A DNA stretch of 64,000 bases from Cycas panzhihuaensis (lineage: Eukaryota; Plantae; Cycadophyta): NCBI GenBank assembly GCA_023213395.1, contig CM041465.1:141181741-141245740 (forward strand), written 5' to 3'. Below, in pieces: positions 13,209 to 25,600 of the stretch. How positions within the stretch are numbered: the stretch's first letter is position 1; the number at the start of each line of letters is the position of its first letter. The position numbers and the translations under genes are program-made. The notes below the pieces were generated by a model. That model had not been told where the DNA came from. It made no database searches and worked only from the letters and a program-made list of their open reading frames with translations.

Positions 13209-13379
13209 AAGATTGAATGTAATTGTTATTATTATGAATTTCTATTTGAAAAGATGGTACAGTGTGCAGATGGTCTTCTTTTCTATTTTGACTGTCTTTG
13301 AAGACATATGGAAGAGTTTATATTTGGAGCTTCACAAGTCCAAAATTCTCTACCTTGCATGGACACTTATAGCTATAAT
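13209..13379 (+). pseudogene. Captured fragment of an RNF216/TRIAD3-like RBR E3 ligase (RING1 region) in copy A
   Basis: Translates KIECNCYYYEFLFEKMVQCADGLLFYFDCL*RHMEEFIFGASQVQNSLPCMDT, matching the RNF216-type pattern IEC.CC..EF.FE...QCAD.HLFC..CL.R...E..FG......CM; lost Cys are TGT>TAT changes. Confidence 0.7.
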
Positions 13380-13420
13380 TTAAAATATTGGCTGGGCACA
13401 TGGATGTTATCCTACATACT

Positions 13421-13504
13421 CAGTGGTATCCTCTAATTAATGAAAGATGCTTCCTTCAATGGCTTGTCAATATTCCTTCTAAATAGGAACAGTTGAGAGC
13501 ATGA
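13421..13504 (+). pseudogene. UPF1: Captured UPF1 fragment (end of CH domain) in copy A
   Basis: Translates [26 protein letters not shown], vs plant UPF1 QWCPLIDDRCFL(Q/P)WLVK(I/V)PSEQEQLRAR; stops are CAG>TAG and CGA>TGA. Confidence 0.9.
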
Positions 13505-13509
13505 ATCCC

Positions 13510-13818
13510 CCATAAAATCTTAGGTTGATGCTTATGTATTTCTAGAATTTAACACCTACGAGGATGATATCAGTTAGCTAGAATTTACAGATTTGAGACA
13601 ACCAATTTATTTTAATAAGCCTTCAAGTATAACTAAAGATGTTAATGGTTTCATTCCTTTAACTACAAACAACAATGACAACAAGAAAAGGAATAATAAT
13701 AACCACACCATTGTCAATGGTGGGCTCATAGGGAGCATCGTTGGTCTTAAATTTAATGAGGACTTCAATAAAAATGATGATGATTTTTTCCAAGAGTGTT
13801 CTTCCTAAGCACGCTTAT
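13510..13818 (+). pseudogene. UPF1: Captured UPF1 N-terminal fragment in copy A
   Basis: Translates VDAYVFLEFNTYEDDIS*LEFTDLRQPI...GSIVGLKFNEDFNKNDDDF(fs)KSVLPKHAY, vs plant UPF1 DAYTFLEFNTQ..DF.YPEF..L.QPI...GLNFEE..DD...EHAC.Y. Confidence 0.8.
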
Positions 13819-13822
13819 AACA

Positions 13823-14299
13823 ATCAAGCTAGGAAAGGAAGATGAGCAGTAAAAAAATAAGCTGGTTGTTAGAGGTCCCATATGACTAGGGATGAGTGTG
13901 CTCTATCTCACCTTATTGCTTAGAAAATCAAACCCCACTAGGTCACATGGTGCATAGACATCACTTGAAGTGGATTCCCTTTGAGCTCTTCCATCCTAGA
14001 TACTTATAGTATTAGCCAAAGTTTCATCGATCTCTATAGGTATGGGTTTGAAACAAGAAGTTTTAATCGCACGTAATGCAAAAACTTTAAGATCTCATGA
14101 AAACCCCCTTAGATCATTACTACAATGCCATTGGTATATTGGATGTATGATTTAGAAGGCCCTATGGGAGTTGTGTCATAGTAGGGAATAATGGTATTCT
14201 ACTGTAGGAAACAAACTTTGTTCATCGATCAACAACCATGAGATTGTAATCCACCTTAATAATGTTAAAACCATCGATTTCAAATCCTGTATCGGCAAA
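13823..14299 (+). pseudogene. Captured fragment of a plant GT29 sialyltransferase-like (GALT29A-type) gene in copy A
   Basis: Translates ...PRYL*Y*PKFHRSL*VWV*NKKF*SHVMQKL*DLMKTPLDHYY...RRPYGSCVIVGNNGILL*...(fs)INNHEIVIHLNNVKTIDFKSCIGK, i.e. sialylmotif L (C.VVGNSGIL...ID.H..VIRLNNA...F...VG.K) plus the GALT29A-type upstream stem region. Confidence 0.85.
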
Positions 14300-15805
14300 T
14301 AGAAATTATCCATGGTAGCAACCTGCTTAAACCAACTTAACAAAAAATATTTTTGTAACCCTAAATCTTATTAGGGTTAATAATATTGATTTTTTTATCT
14401 TATTTAAATTGAGGCAAACGTCAAATTGTTTGAAAAGGGGTTAAAGTTTTTTTACAGTTTTAAAATTAAATTTAATTGTATTAGATGTATTTTTTAGGTC
14501 TGCTAGCCCTCTTGTGCTTCAACCCTTGGTCATATGGAGGCATTTTTCAACAAACAACCAGCCATGAAAGGGGCTAGTCCCTATTTCTCAATTTCGTATA
14601 GAGTACCTCTCATATTTTTACTAAAATCTTGAGTTACAAGACTCTATTTTTGCTCCTATCTATTGTGCTAGATTCGTAATAGAGAAACCTTTCCATTGGT
14701 AAGCCATTTGATGATTTTTGAAGCTATTTTGATGTAGATGTTTTAGCTTGAAGTTTAAATTTTCTGACAAATCTTTATCTTTTCTTATTTTTTTAGATTT
14801 TTAAGGCACTTGCATGTAATTTTTAAGGTTCCATAATATTGTTTGATGTAATATACTCTAAATGGGTGGGGTAATATGTACTATAGTTTAATTTCTTGGC
14901 TCTTGAAGAATCCATTGTGTTCATTTTTTACTTTATTGTATGAGAGAGAGTCATATATATTATACTCAAGTCACATCTATCAATTTTAAGTCATATAAAA
15001 ATATTTATTGCTAGTAATTTTACCCATGGTGACAAGTTGTATAGTCCAAAGAGGCATCTTTTAGCCCATGTGGTATATTTAAGGCCATAAAGCCCATTGT
15101 ATTTTTAGCCATTAGATGCTGAAGAAGTGATAATCCTATTTAGTGAGAGGTAGGACACACTTTTAAAGCTACTCTTACCCACTATGTGTCATGTGCCATG
15201 TGCCATTTATATATTTTTTTCTACTTGCACTCCCATATGAGCAAGGGGTGGAACTTTTTTCAGCTACTCTTGCCAACTCCTTATTGATCCATGTACACAA
15301 AGGGAGTTCCTACCCATTTAGTAGTTGTAGTGGCTGAGGACCCATGCATTCCAGTACATGGACTCTATTTCATATAGATATCGACAGCTTTTTATTAATG
15401 TGTAGTAGCATTTATGATCCAACATACTTTTGAAGACTCGAGCTTATTATTTGATGTGATAATATTCTATGTAATTGACTATTACAGGGGGGAATGTTGG
15501 GTGTAATACCTAATTACATACATCAACCCTATGTAACCTCTCTCTAATCATTTGTTTATATTTTATATTAAAGGTTGTGGGCCACCTACAGATGTGTGCC
15601 AACTTTAAGTTAACCAATGGGATTCTCTTACTAGTGGTGAGCATGTATTATAAGTATGTACTCTTTATTCTCTCTAATTGAGTTTTGGTTAATTCTCCAT
15701 ATAAGGTGTTCATGTTATACATACTTCATTTCTCTTGTACTTTATTATTTATCATTCACTCACCATTAAATGTTTGTTATATAGTTTACATTTCTAATTC
15801 TAATA

Positions 15806-18165
15806 AGAGTTTACAACTTTGAAGATGTCGCTCCTTTATATGTTATTTTGAGGATATCCCAAACCTCCTTAAATGTTATAGCTTCACTAACTCTAGGAAA
15901 GATATGGTCTTCTAATAAAGAAAAGATAAGTACAAGCTTTTTATTATCCTTCTTGACATTATTCTTATAATTTTTCTTTTCATCCTTCATGGCAATTTCA
16001 TCAATCTCTTCATAACCTATATTGACAAGATCCCATATATCCTTTACAATAAAAATAATCTTTATTTACCTAGTCTAATTAAGAAAGTTATTTCCATCAA
16101 GCTTAGGCACAATTACATTTCTAAGATTTACTACCATTATAAAGAAGATTACTTTGAATAATAGACTTTTAAAAAATGTAGAGTACTTGAAAGTAAATAA
16201 AATTAAATTGTACAAAAATATAATGAAAGGACACTTAACAACCACAAGAAATATCTCACTTCACCTTCAAGACTAGTGTAAATATCCTAATTGGGTCTCT
16301 AACCACCTCAAAGAGCAATTATTTTTATTTAATGAGAGGTTATAATATGTTTTTTCACTAGTTTATATAAGGGTCATCATGCATAAATCCCTTCACTAGT
16401 ACCACTTTAGAGAATAAAAATAGTACATAAAATTATTTTAATTCCTTTTTATCCTTACAAGTTGATAGAAAATAGAAATTGGAGTCCAACACTTTAGATG
16501 AGACTCAATTCTGATATAAGATCACCAAGTGATGCATTAAAAATTTTATAAAAGGTTAACCTTTTTTAACTTTAAATGTTTAAAAATATAGTGCCTTAAC
16601 ATTGCTCATTAAAAAATCAATCAAAGTGAAACTAAAGGTGGTCATGTGACCACTCATTTTGACCAAGTAAGAATGGACTTCAATTTGGTATTGAGAGAAC
16701 TAATTTTTGACTTTGTTAGTGAAAATTATGGTGCCTAGAGTAGAGGTAGGTCCTATTATTTCAATAGATATCGTAAAAAATTCTGTTATCCCCCTTTGTA
16801 AAAATTGATCTTAGTTACTTTATTCATAGCATATGACCGGTTATTATTGATATCAGGTGCTTAACTTCATTAGTTCATTAATGACTCTTGTGTGGGGTCC
16901 ATGGTAAGAAATTTAACCAAAAAATAATAAAATTAATAGAAAAAAAAACTAAGTATGATAAAGATTTAATGATCATAAGGGTTTCAGGCTATAAATAAAT
17001 AAGAAAGAGTGTCACCCAAGCCTTATTTGAGGCTAGCCATAGTTGTCGATATAGTCAATGAAGTTGTACAGTAAAAAAGGGCACACAAGTGACAAAAGTG
17101 ATAAAAAATAAAGTGTAAATATTAAATTTATCAAGTATTAAGGTTTAAAACATTAGAAAGATGAAAAATAAAATGCACTAAGCTAAAATAAGGTCTGAAG
17201 ATGTGAGTTTTTAGTTGTATGACTATAGAGATGATGCAAAGAGGGTGTAGTAGATTTTGAGGCATAAAAACTTGAGAAAAACTCATTAAAGGTAGTCATA
17301 CAGACCCAGACTAGTCATTCACTAAGAAATAGCTCAAAAATTCACTTGAATATGCTTCATTCAATGAAAAGATGTTGTAAATATAACCAAATAATCACTA
17401 AATGTAGAGGAGGGCATAAATAAGGTTGTAGGAGGCCTGTAGAACTAATCTGGCAATGGAGGTAACTAGCTAGAACTAAATTTCTATCAATATTGTCTTA
17501 TTTAGAGGCAAGAATAATGCTAGACAGAGGTTGTATATTAGTAGAGATAACTCAAGAGGATGAAAATGGAAGTGCTATGAAGTTTTATCAAAATAATGAT
17601 GAAAGAACCTCAGACATCTAAACATGCAATACAATTTCTTCTCGTTCAGGCAAATAATCTTATTCTCTTCATGATGCACATGTGTGGGAACCTGAAAACA
17701 TAGATGAGGGGCTCATAAATGTCCTTTATTCTTTGGATGGCTAAAAATTACTTGAGCAAACTTATGGTGCTCCAAATATTCGGTGTACACTTGTAAGAGG
17801 TGCGATGCCTCATATAATGGCTTCTTTAAATAAATCATGGTGCATGCAAGGTAGTTTACTCACATGCATGAAATATACTTTCAATTGTACATAACAAGAG
17901 CTATATGGATCAATTACAATATTATTATAAAATGAAGCAAAAAATTATAATGAATATGAGAACCATTAAATATTTCAACAATATAGTAAATCAATAGAAG
18001 GTATACATGTACTAAATAACTTGAATAGTAATCAACTCCTCACAAATATTTTATGTCTTTTAGTGGGGCTCCTTTTGAAAGCTTCTCCAACCTTTGTCTC
18101 TTTGTTCAAATGCTCCTGCAACAAGGCAATTCTCCAATAATGATCTAATAATCACTCTAATACCA
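15806..18165 (-). mobile_element. Decayed copia element hosting copy A: gag N-terminus (15806-16138), long leader, PBS-like TGGTATTAGAG (rc 18155-18165)
   Basis: Minus-strand translation MVVNLRNVIVPKLDGNNFLN*...IFIVKDIWDLVNIGYEE (copia gag N-terminus); similar to the gag at 51620-51930; element probably continues left of 8356. Confidence 0.55.
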
Positions 18166-20287
18166 AATGAAGGAATACATGGAATCAAAGGGAGTAAACA
18201 ATTCATAAAAGTGCAAAATTAGAATCTGACATAGTGGCAGTATTAATGATCGCCATGGTCTTTAAACCCCATGAATTTATAAGTAGGAAATGAGTAAGAA
18301 GTTCTCAATGTCTACTACTAACTGTCATTAAGAAATGTTAAAATATTTGTTACTAACATCTGACAAAGTCAGCTAGGTATGGCTAGTGGTGCTGACATAA
18401 TCTCCACCAAATCCTAAGTGGATATGAGTTCATATAAGCCCCAATGGGTATTATTCCAATAATTATCCTATTTGATTAGGTTAGATTTTCACTAAATAGG
18501 TGAATAGGACATGTGTTTAGATGGGAGAGAGTTTGGTTTGATGTAGCAATAGAAAAATAAGAATTATCATTAAAAAAAAATAGGGAGAACATGGCATGAA
18601 TAGTATAAAAGCAATGAGATTTATACCATATTCAACTAACTCATATATTCTAAGAAGAATCACCTGTCATAGAGTATACTAGAAAATTTTAAGAGACTAT
18701 TCTACAAGGAAAAATTATAATAGAACTAGGAAGTATAATTCTACTTAAGAAATCTAAGACTAGAACTAAAGACAAATGTTTAAAGAAACAACTTAAAATC
18801 TCTTAAGGAGGCCATTAGTTATGTAACAAACCTATGTTCTCAACCAATTATTTTTTAATATCTATTTTTAATACAATATATTTTATATGTTATGCAGCAA
18901 ATAAATAATAATAATGGAAATTGTGGTTTACCTTTATGTGGATATACTTTTATTCCACCTTTTAATCTATGATTTTATTTAGAGTTGCATGAGATAAAAA
19001 GTAAATAATAATTGTAGAAGGAATTTTTGTTTTTCATTATTAGTATAAAACAATTTTTGTTATACATATGAACCTTTTTTTAGAATTCAAAAGATACATA
19101 TATGTAGGAAAGCTTGTAAATCTATTATAACTAAAAGGAGGAGAGGTCTGCTAAATGACTAATAGATTATACCTAAATTGGGTGTAATCCCTACCCTCAA
19201 CACTACTAGATCTAGGATTTATTGGCTCCTATGGAGAGCATATAATAATCCATCTTCTTATGGTCACAAGCTCTCTAGGATTATAACCTAGCTCTATAAT
19301 TTCCACAAGTAAGAATCTAACCTAGCTCCAAGATTCAAAACCTTATGGCTCTTTCTCTCCCCTCCTAGAAATAAATACTATGCTTTTATTGAAAGTTCCA
19401 ATCACCCCTTTATTATGTCCTTTCATAAAGAGTATTTATTATCTCTTAATTAGTAATGATTTAATAATTTATATTAATTAAATCTTTATTTCTTTTCTTT
19501 AAAGGGATTTAGGCTCATGATGGTTCTTTTTTCCTTGATTACAATTATCCTTAGTAATTATTCCATTCCTTTATATCATAAACATACAAGCATGGTTAGT
19601 AAATAATTATAGGTATTACTTTTATATAGTCCCCCCCCCCCCCAAGTAGCATTATCTTCATCATAAGAAGTCCATTTAACTTTAATTTTAGAAATCCTTA
19701 TATTTCTAATTTATTTAACTCTTCTATCTAAATTTTCTTTAGGTTTTATAGGAACTTCACATCTAAGATCTATACTTATTTCATTATATTTAATCAAATG
19801 TATTTTGTTAAGTATATACTTCTTTAGTAAGCTTATAGAGAATACTCCATGGATTTTTAATTAAAAAAATAATATAATACAAGTTCATAGGTTAGGTTTT
19901 CTATCCATTAGAGTGTTTTAAAAGGACTACAATATCTAGGGGCTAGTTTAGTATATTTCCTAATTTTAAGCAGCTTCTTTTTGGTTTAACATGGAAAAAG
20001 ACCATATCTCCTATTTAAATTTCCCAAACTAAGTATTTTAAATCAATAGAGCTTTTATATTAGTCTTTGACTTCCTTGAGATTACTTTTAGTTTTATGAA
20101 TTACTTATTCCTTTTCTTTTAAATCCTTATTAAAATACCATTTTCTATGTACAAGGTTTGACTAAGAAAGGGGTGTGTTATAATGTTTTCTAGAAATGTC
20201 TTCAAATGGGGATATCTTAATCAAGGAATGGTAACTTTGATTCTACTAAATGTAAATAGTCCTGTTAATATAAAGGAGTTATATAAG

Positions 20288-20959
<672 letters not shown>

Positions 20960-22629
20960 CATGGAGTCTTCCACTCAATTTACTCATTCTCTTTTCCCAT
21001 TAGTCTCAAGGTGATAAATAGTACTTATTTTATGGGTAGTTCCTATCTCATAAAAAAAAATTCTCAAAAAATAGAAGTGAATCTAGGATCTCTATCGAAT
21101 ATAATACTTTTGGATACCATATGTAGTCAAAATATTTTTATGGAAAGCATATGTGCAATGTCTTTTCTAATGGATTTAATCCTAGTAAGTATAAAATATG
21201 TCATTTTAGTTAATTTGTCCATTACTACTAAGATAATGTCATGGCTTTTCTAATTACAAGATGAACTAATGATAAAATCTATACTTAATTAATTCTCATT
21301 TCCACTCAAGAATATCTAATTATTATAATAATCCTAGGGTTCTAGATTATTTTACTTTTAACTTTTTTATAAGGAAGATATTTTTGAATATATGATCATA
21401 TATTAGATTTTATTTTGGGCCTAAAAATTTATTTTCTAATAGGTTCTATAGAATCCAGGTTATCCTACTATAGGTATATCATGTTTCTCTTAAATTTTTA
21501 TCATTTATTTTAAGGGCATTGTGTATACATAACTTTTCTTTATAATATAATAACCCATTATCTATTAGGATTTATTTTTCTACTTGATCTTTACAATGAA
21601 TGTTGTATTGAGGATTATGTAGTTGGGTAAGGATCGAGCCAAAAAAATCATTTTAATTAGGTAATTTTGATGGAGTCATTTAGGTTAGTATTCACTAAGG
21701 TTATTACATTATTATATCTTCTTTTTCTAGTTAAGGGCATTGACTACTTTATTTTCTTTCCCTAGCATATACTTGATATGAAAATTATATTCAATGATTA
21801 ATTCTATCTAGTGTCTTTGACTTATGTTTAGATGAGGTTATTTAAATATATATTATAAACTATGATGATATATTTTGAGAGTAGACTTAATTAGTTGTAA
21901 ATAATATCACCAGTTTTTTTAAGAATGTACTATGCATAGTAATTCTAGATCATGAGTAGGATAGCATTTTTTAGCATCTTGTAGATTCCTTTATTCATAA
22001 CTTATAACTTTTTCATCTTTCATTAGGACTCCTGCTAGTCCATTCGTACTACCATTAGTGATTATTAGGCAAGTCCTATCTAGATTAAGTATATATAATA
22101 TTGATGTTATTATTAAATATTTTTTTTAATTTATAAAAGGCTTCTTAACATTTTAGAATCCATATGAATGTCTTATCCTTTTGAGTCAAGTTAGTTAGTA
22201 GTTTTGTGATTTTAAAGTATTCCTTAATAGATCTTTGATAAAATCCTGATAAGCCTAGAAAGCATTGCACTTCATGTACATCCTTTAACTATGGCTATTA
22301 TTATATAAATTTTATCTTTTTAGGGTCTAGGGTAATTCCTTCTTTTAAAATAATATATCCCAAGTATAAAATTTTTATTTTGAAGAATTCACATTTACTT
22401 ACTTTGGCATATCATTTATATTCCCTTTATTTTTTTAGTAACTTTTAGATGTGTTATTTATGTTCTATTTCATTCTTTGAGTATATTAATATATCATCTA
22501 AAAATATGATTATAAGTATATCCAAATAGGATGAAAATATATTGTTTATTAAGATCACAAAAATAGCCAGTACATTGGTTAGTCCAAAGGTAAACTAATA
22601 AATTCGTAATAATCATACCCAATTTTAAA

Positions 22630-25600
22630 TGTCAAATTCATCAACAAGATCATATAACTATGTGCATTCAAATATAAATTAGAAACATAAAGAACTAACA
22701 CTACAATAATGTAAATTAGTTATAGAATAGTGCAACCATCAAATTGGTTGAATGATCATTCTCAATTTTGGTAGAATTTCTGCATATGAAAATTTTCAAT
22801 GTATAAAGCATAGGGTTTATGCTTAATTTATAAGTATACAAACCCAAAATACAAGAATATAATTAATGAATATATCAGAAAAGTGAGTGGACCCAACCAA
22901 TTTAACAAATATAACATAATTTATAAAGAGGATGTTGTAATAGTACATTGAGTACAAAGTACATGATACATGAATACTAAAATGAAGATACCATTATTAG
23001 TTTTAACACCCTCCCTTAATGATATCTTCATTAGATTTAATGCCAAGTTGTACCAAAACCTTTCAAACTTTAGTTTGTCAAGTGCTTTGGTGAAGATATC
23101 TATAATCTAGTCTTGAATTTGTTGGTAGACAAGGTCAACTTCTCTATTTTGAATATGGTTATAGATGAAATGATGGTGAACCTTTATATGCTTAGGTCTA
23201 ATATAGAAAATTAGATTCTTTATCATCTTTAATACACTTTGGTTATCATAATAGAGAATGGTAGTTGAAGTCTATTGAAGTCCAAGCTCAGCAAGAATCC
23301 TTCTAAACCAAATCAACTTTGTGGTGGCATAAACAATTATTTTATATTTAGCTTCAGTGGAGGAGAGAGCAATATTAGGTTATTTCTTATAGATTTAGGA
23401 GATTACAACTGAGTTTATATCAAAATAGTATCCTAATATTAAATAGCATGTGTCTTGATAACTTGGCTAATCAATATCTGTGTATCCTTTCAAGATGGGA
23501 GATTTAGTTTGGTTGTAATCAAGTCTAAATTGATGTATGCCATGGACGTACTTAGGGATTCTAGTGGTGGCCTTTCAATGGGATGCTTTAGGCTACGATA
23601 TGTACCCAGAACAGATCCCAATTGTATAAAAGATATTTAGGCAAGTGCAAGGTAGATGAGGCTCCCAACCAACTACCAGTACAATGTGGAATCAAAGGGC
23701 TTTCCTTGTTCATCCAGGTTAAGCTTAGTTCCTATTTCCATTAGAGTTGGTGCTAGCTTATAGTTAGTCATTCTAAACTACTACAAGAGTCCATTAGAGT
23801 ACTTAGATTGTGATATGAATATGTGTCGTGGTTCTTGCCATACTTTAATGCTAAGGAAACAATGTAGCAACCCAAGGTCTCTCATCTCAAACTTGTTTTT
23901 CAATTCAAATTATAACCAAGCTGTAACTTCATTATTATTACCCATATTTATTAAGTCATCCATATAAATCACAATGATTACAATCAAGTTACCTCTAATT
24001 TAAATGTATAGGTTTGAAATAGAGGGTGGATGAGTGAATGTATGCTTTATGAAAAAATATTAATCTTTATATACTAGGCACATGGTACCTGCTTCAATCT
24101 ATATAAGGCTTTCTTGAGTTTATAAACTAGATGTTCTTTGCCAAGAATAACATAGCTCGGAGGTTATTTTAAGAAACTTCTTCTATGAGCTCCCCATTTA
24201 GAAAATCACTCTTCACATCTATTTGGTAAATAGGCCAGTTGAATTGAGCCATAAGAGATATAACCAAATAGAATATGGTCATGTTGGCTACTAGTACAAA
24301 TGTTTTATCATAGTCAATCCCCTCCTACTATTTGAAACCTCTTATAACTAGATAAGCTTTATGATGCTTGATGATGCCATCAGTATAGAATTTGGTCTTT
24401 TAAAGCCATCAATGGTTAATTAGATTCTTTTTAGGTGGCAATTCAGTTAGCTCCCATGTGTTATTCTTAAGGATAAATTTGATCTCTTCATTTAGTGCTA
24501 TTTTTCACATTTAGTCTTTAACTACCTTCTCAAATGTGGAAAGCTCAGAGATCTCAAAGACATATGCCATTAAGGCATAATTGGTGGAGTGTCTCATTCT
24601 AAACTCTCTTTTAGGAGCTATGGTAGGAGGAGGAGTATCCTTTAGTAATTATTATAGCCATGTAGGAGGTGGTTGAAAACTAATAGGCTCCACCTAAAGA
24701 TCATCAACTGATATGGGTAGCATTGATGTGTTAGTATTTGATATGGATGTTAAGGCTATTGGAATTAAAGATGAACCTAGTGTGTAAAAGGATGTAGGTA
24801 TCAGTGGCTCAAGAATTAGTGTAAGAGGCACTTTAAGTGCATCAATATCATTTTTTGCTACAAACTAAATTTTTGAGAGATCCAACTCTTGAGTATCTTC
24901 AATAAATATTATATCTCAAGCAATATATGCCTAGTTTCCAGTAGTATCATATACTTTATAGGCTTTACATCTAGGTACATAGCCAAGGAAAATGTACTTG
25001 AGGCTTTTATCATCTAGTTTCTTCATGTTCTTCTTAGGGATGAATTTATAGGTACAACATCCAAATATCCTTAAATGAGAAATTGTTAGTTTGATGGATG
25101 ACTTAGCCTCCTCAAGAGTGATGTTTCTTACTACTACTATGACACTTATGTTGGTCAGATAAGCAATAGTTAATATGGCTTTATCCCAAAACTTTGCAAT
25201 AAGATTTGTAGCACTCAACTTAGACTTTGCTCTATTTACCAATGATTAGTTCATACCTTTTATTACACCATTTTGCTAAGGTGTACAAGGGGCTAGGAAT
25301 TAGCATTTAATATTGTATTGTTTGTAAAAGTTGGTGAATTAATTAGATATATACTCTTTCCTACTGTTAGATGTTAGCACCTTGATGTTCATGCCACTTT
25401 TATTTTCTACCTTAACCTTAAATTATTTAAACTTATCAAAGGCATAGAACTTATTCCTAAGGAAGTAGACCCAAACTTTCCTAGAATAGTTATCGATAAA
25501 TGTCATGAAAAATAGATTTTCATTGAGAGAATAAACTAACATAGGCCCATAAACATTTTAGTGGACCAATCCTAATGGTTCTAAGGCTCTCCATGCTTTC

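Larger units (their letters stand above)
8356..15805 (+). mobile_element. Non-autonomous cargo-carrying LTR retroelement, copy A (LTRs 8356-8666 and 15495-15805); contains nested copy B
   Basis: 311-bp direct repeats TGTTGGGTGTAATAC...CTAACA/CTAATA; PBS TGGTATTAGAGCC 8667-8679; PPT AGGGGGGAA 15486-15494; no gag/pol; internal blocks homologous to B and C; TSD only partial (ATAAT/AGAGT). Confidence 0.9.

Noticed and set aside
13380-13420. ILAGHMDVIL as a WD40 gene fragment
   Set aside because: Too short to assign.
13593-13808. Cargo ORFs (also 34001-34207) as intact host genes
   Set aside because: Short internal fragments with stops and frameshifts, bounded by unrelated fragments inside LTR elements.
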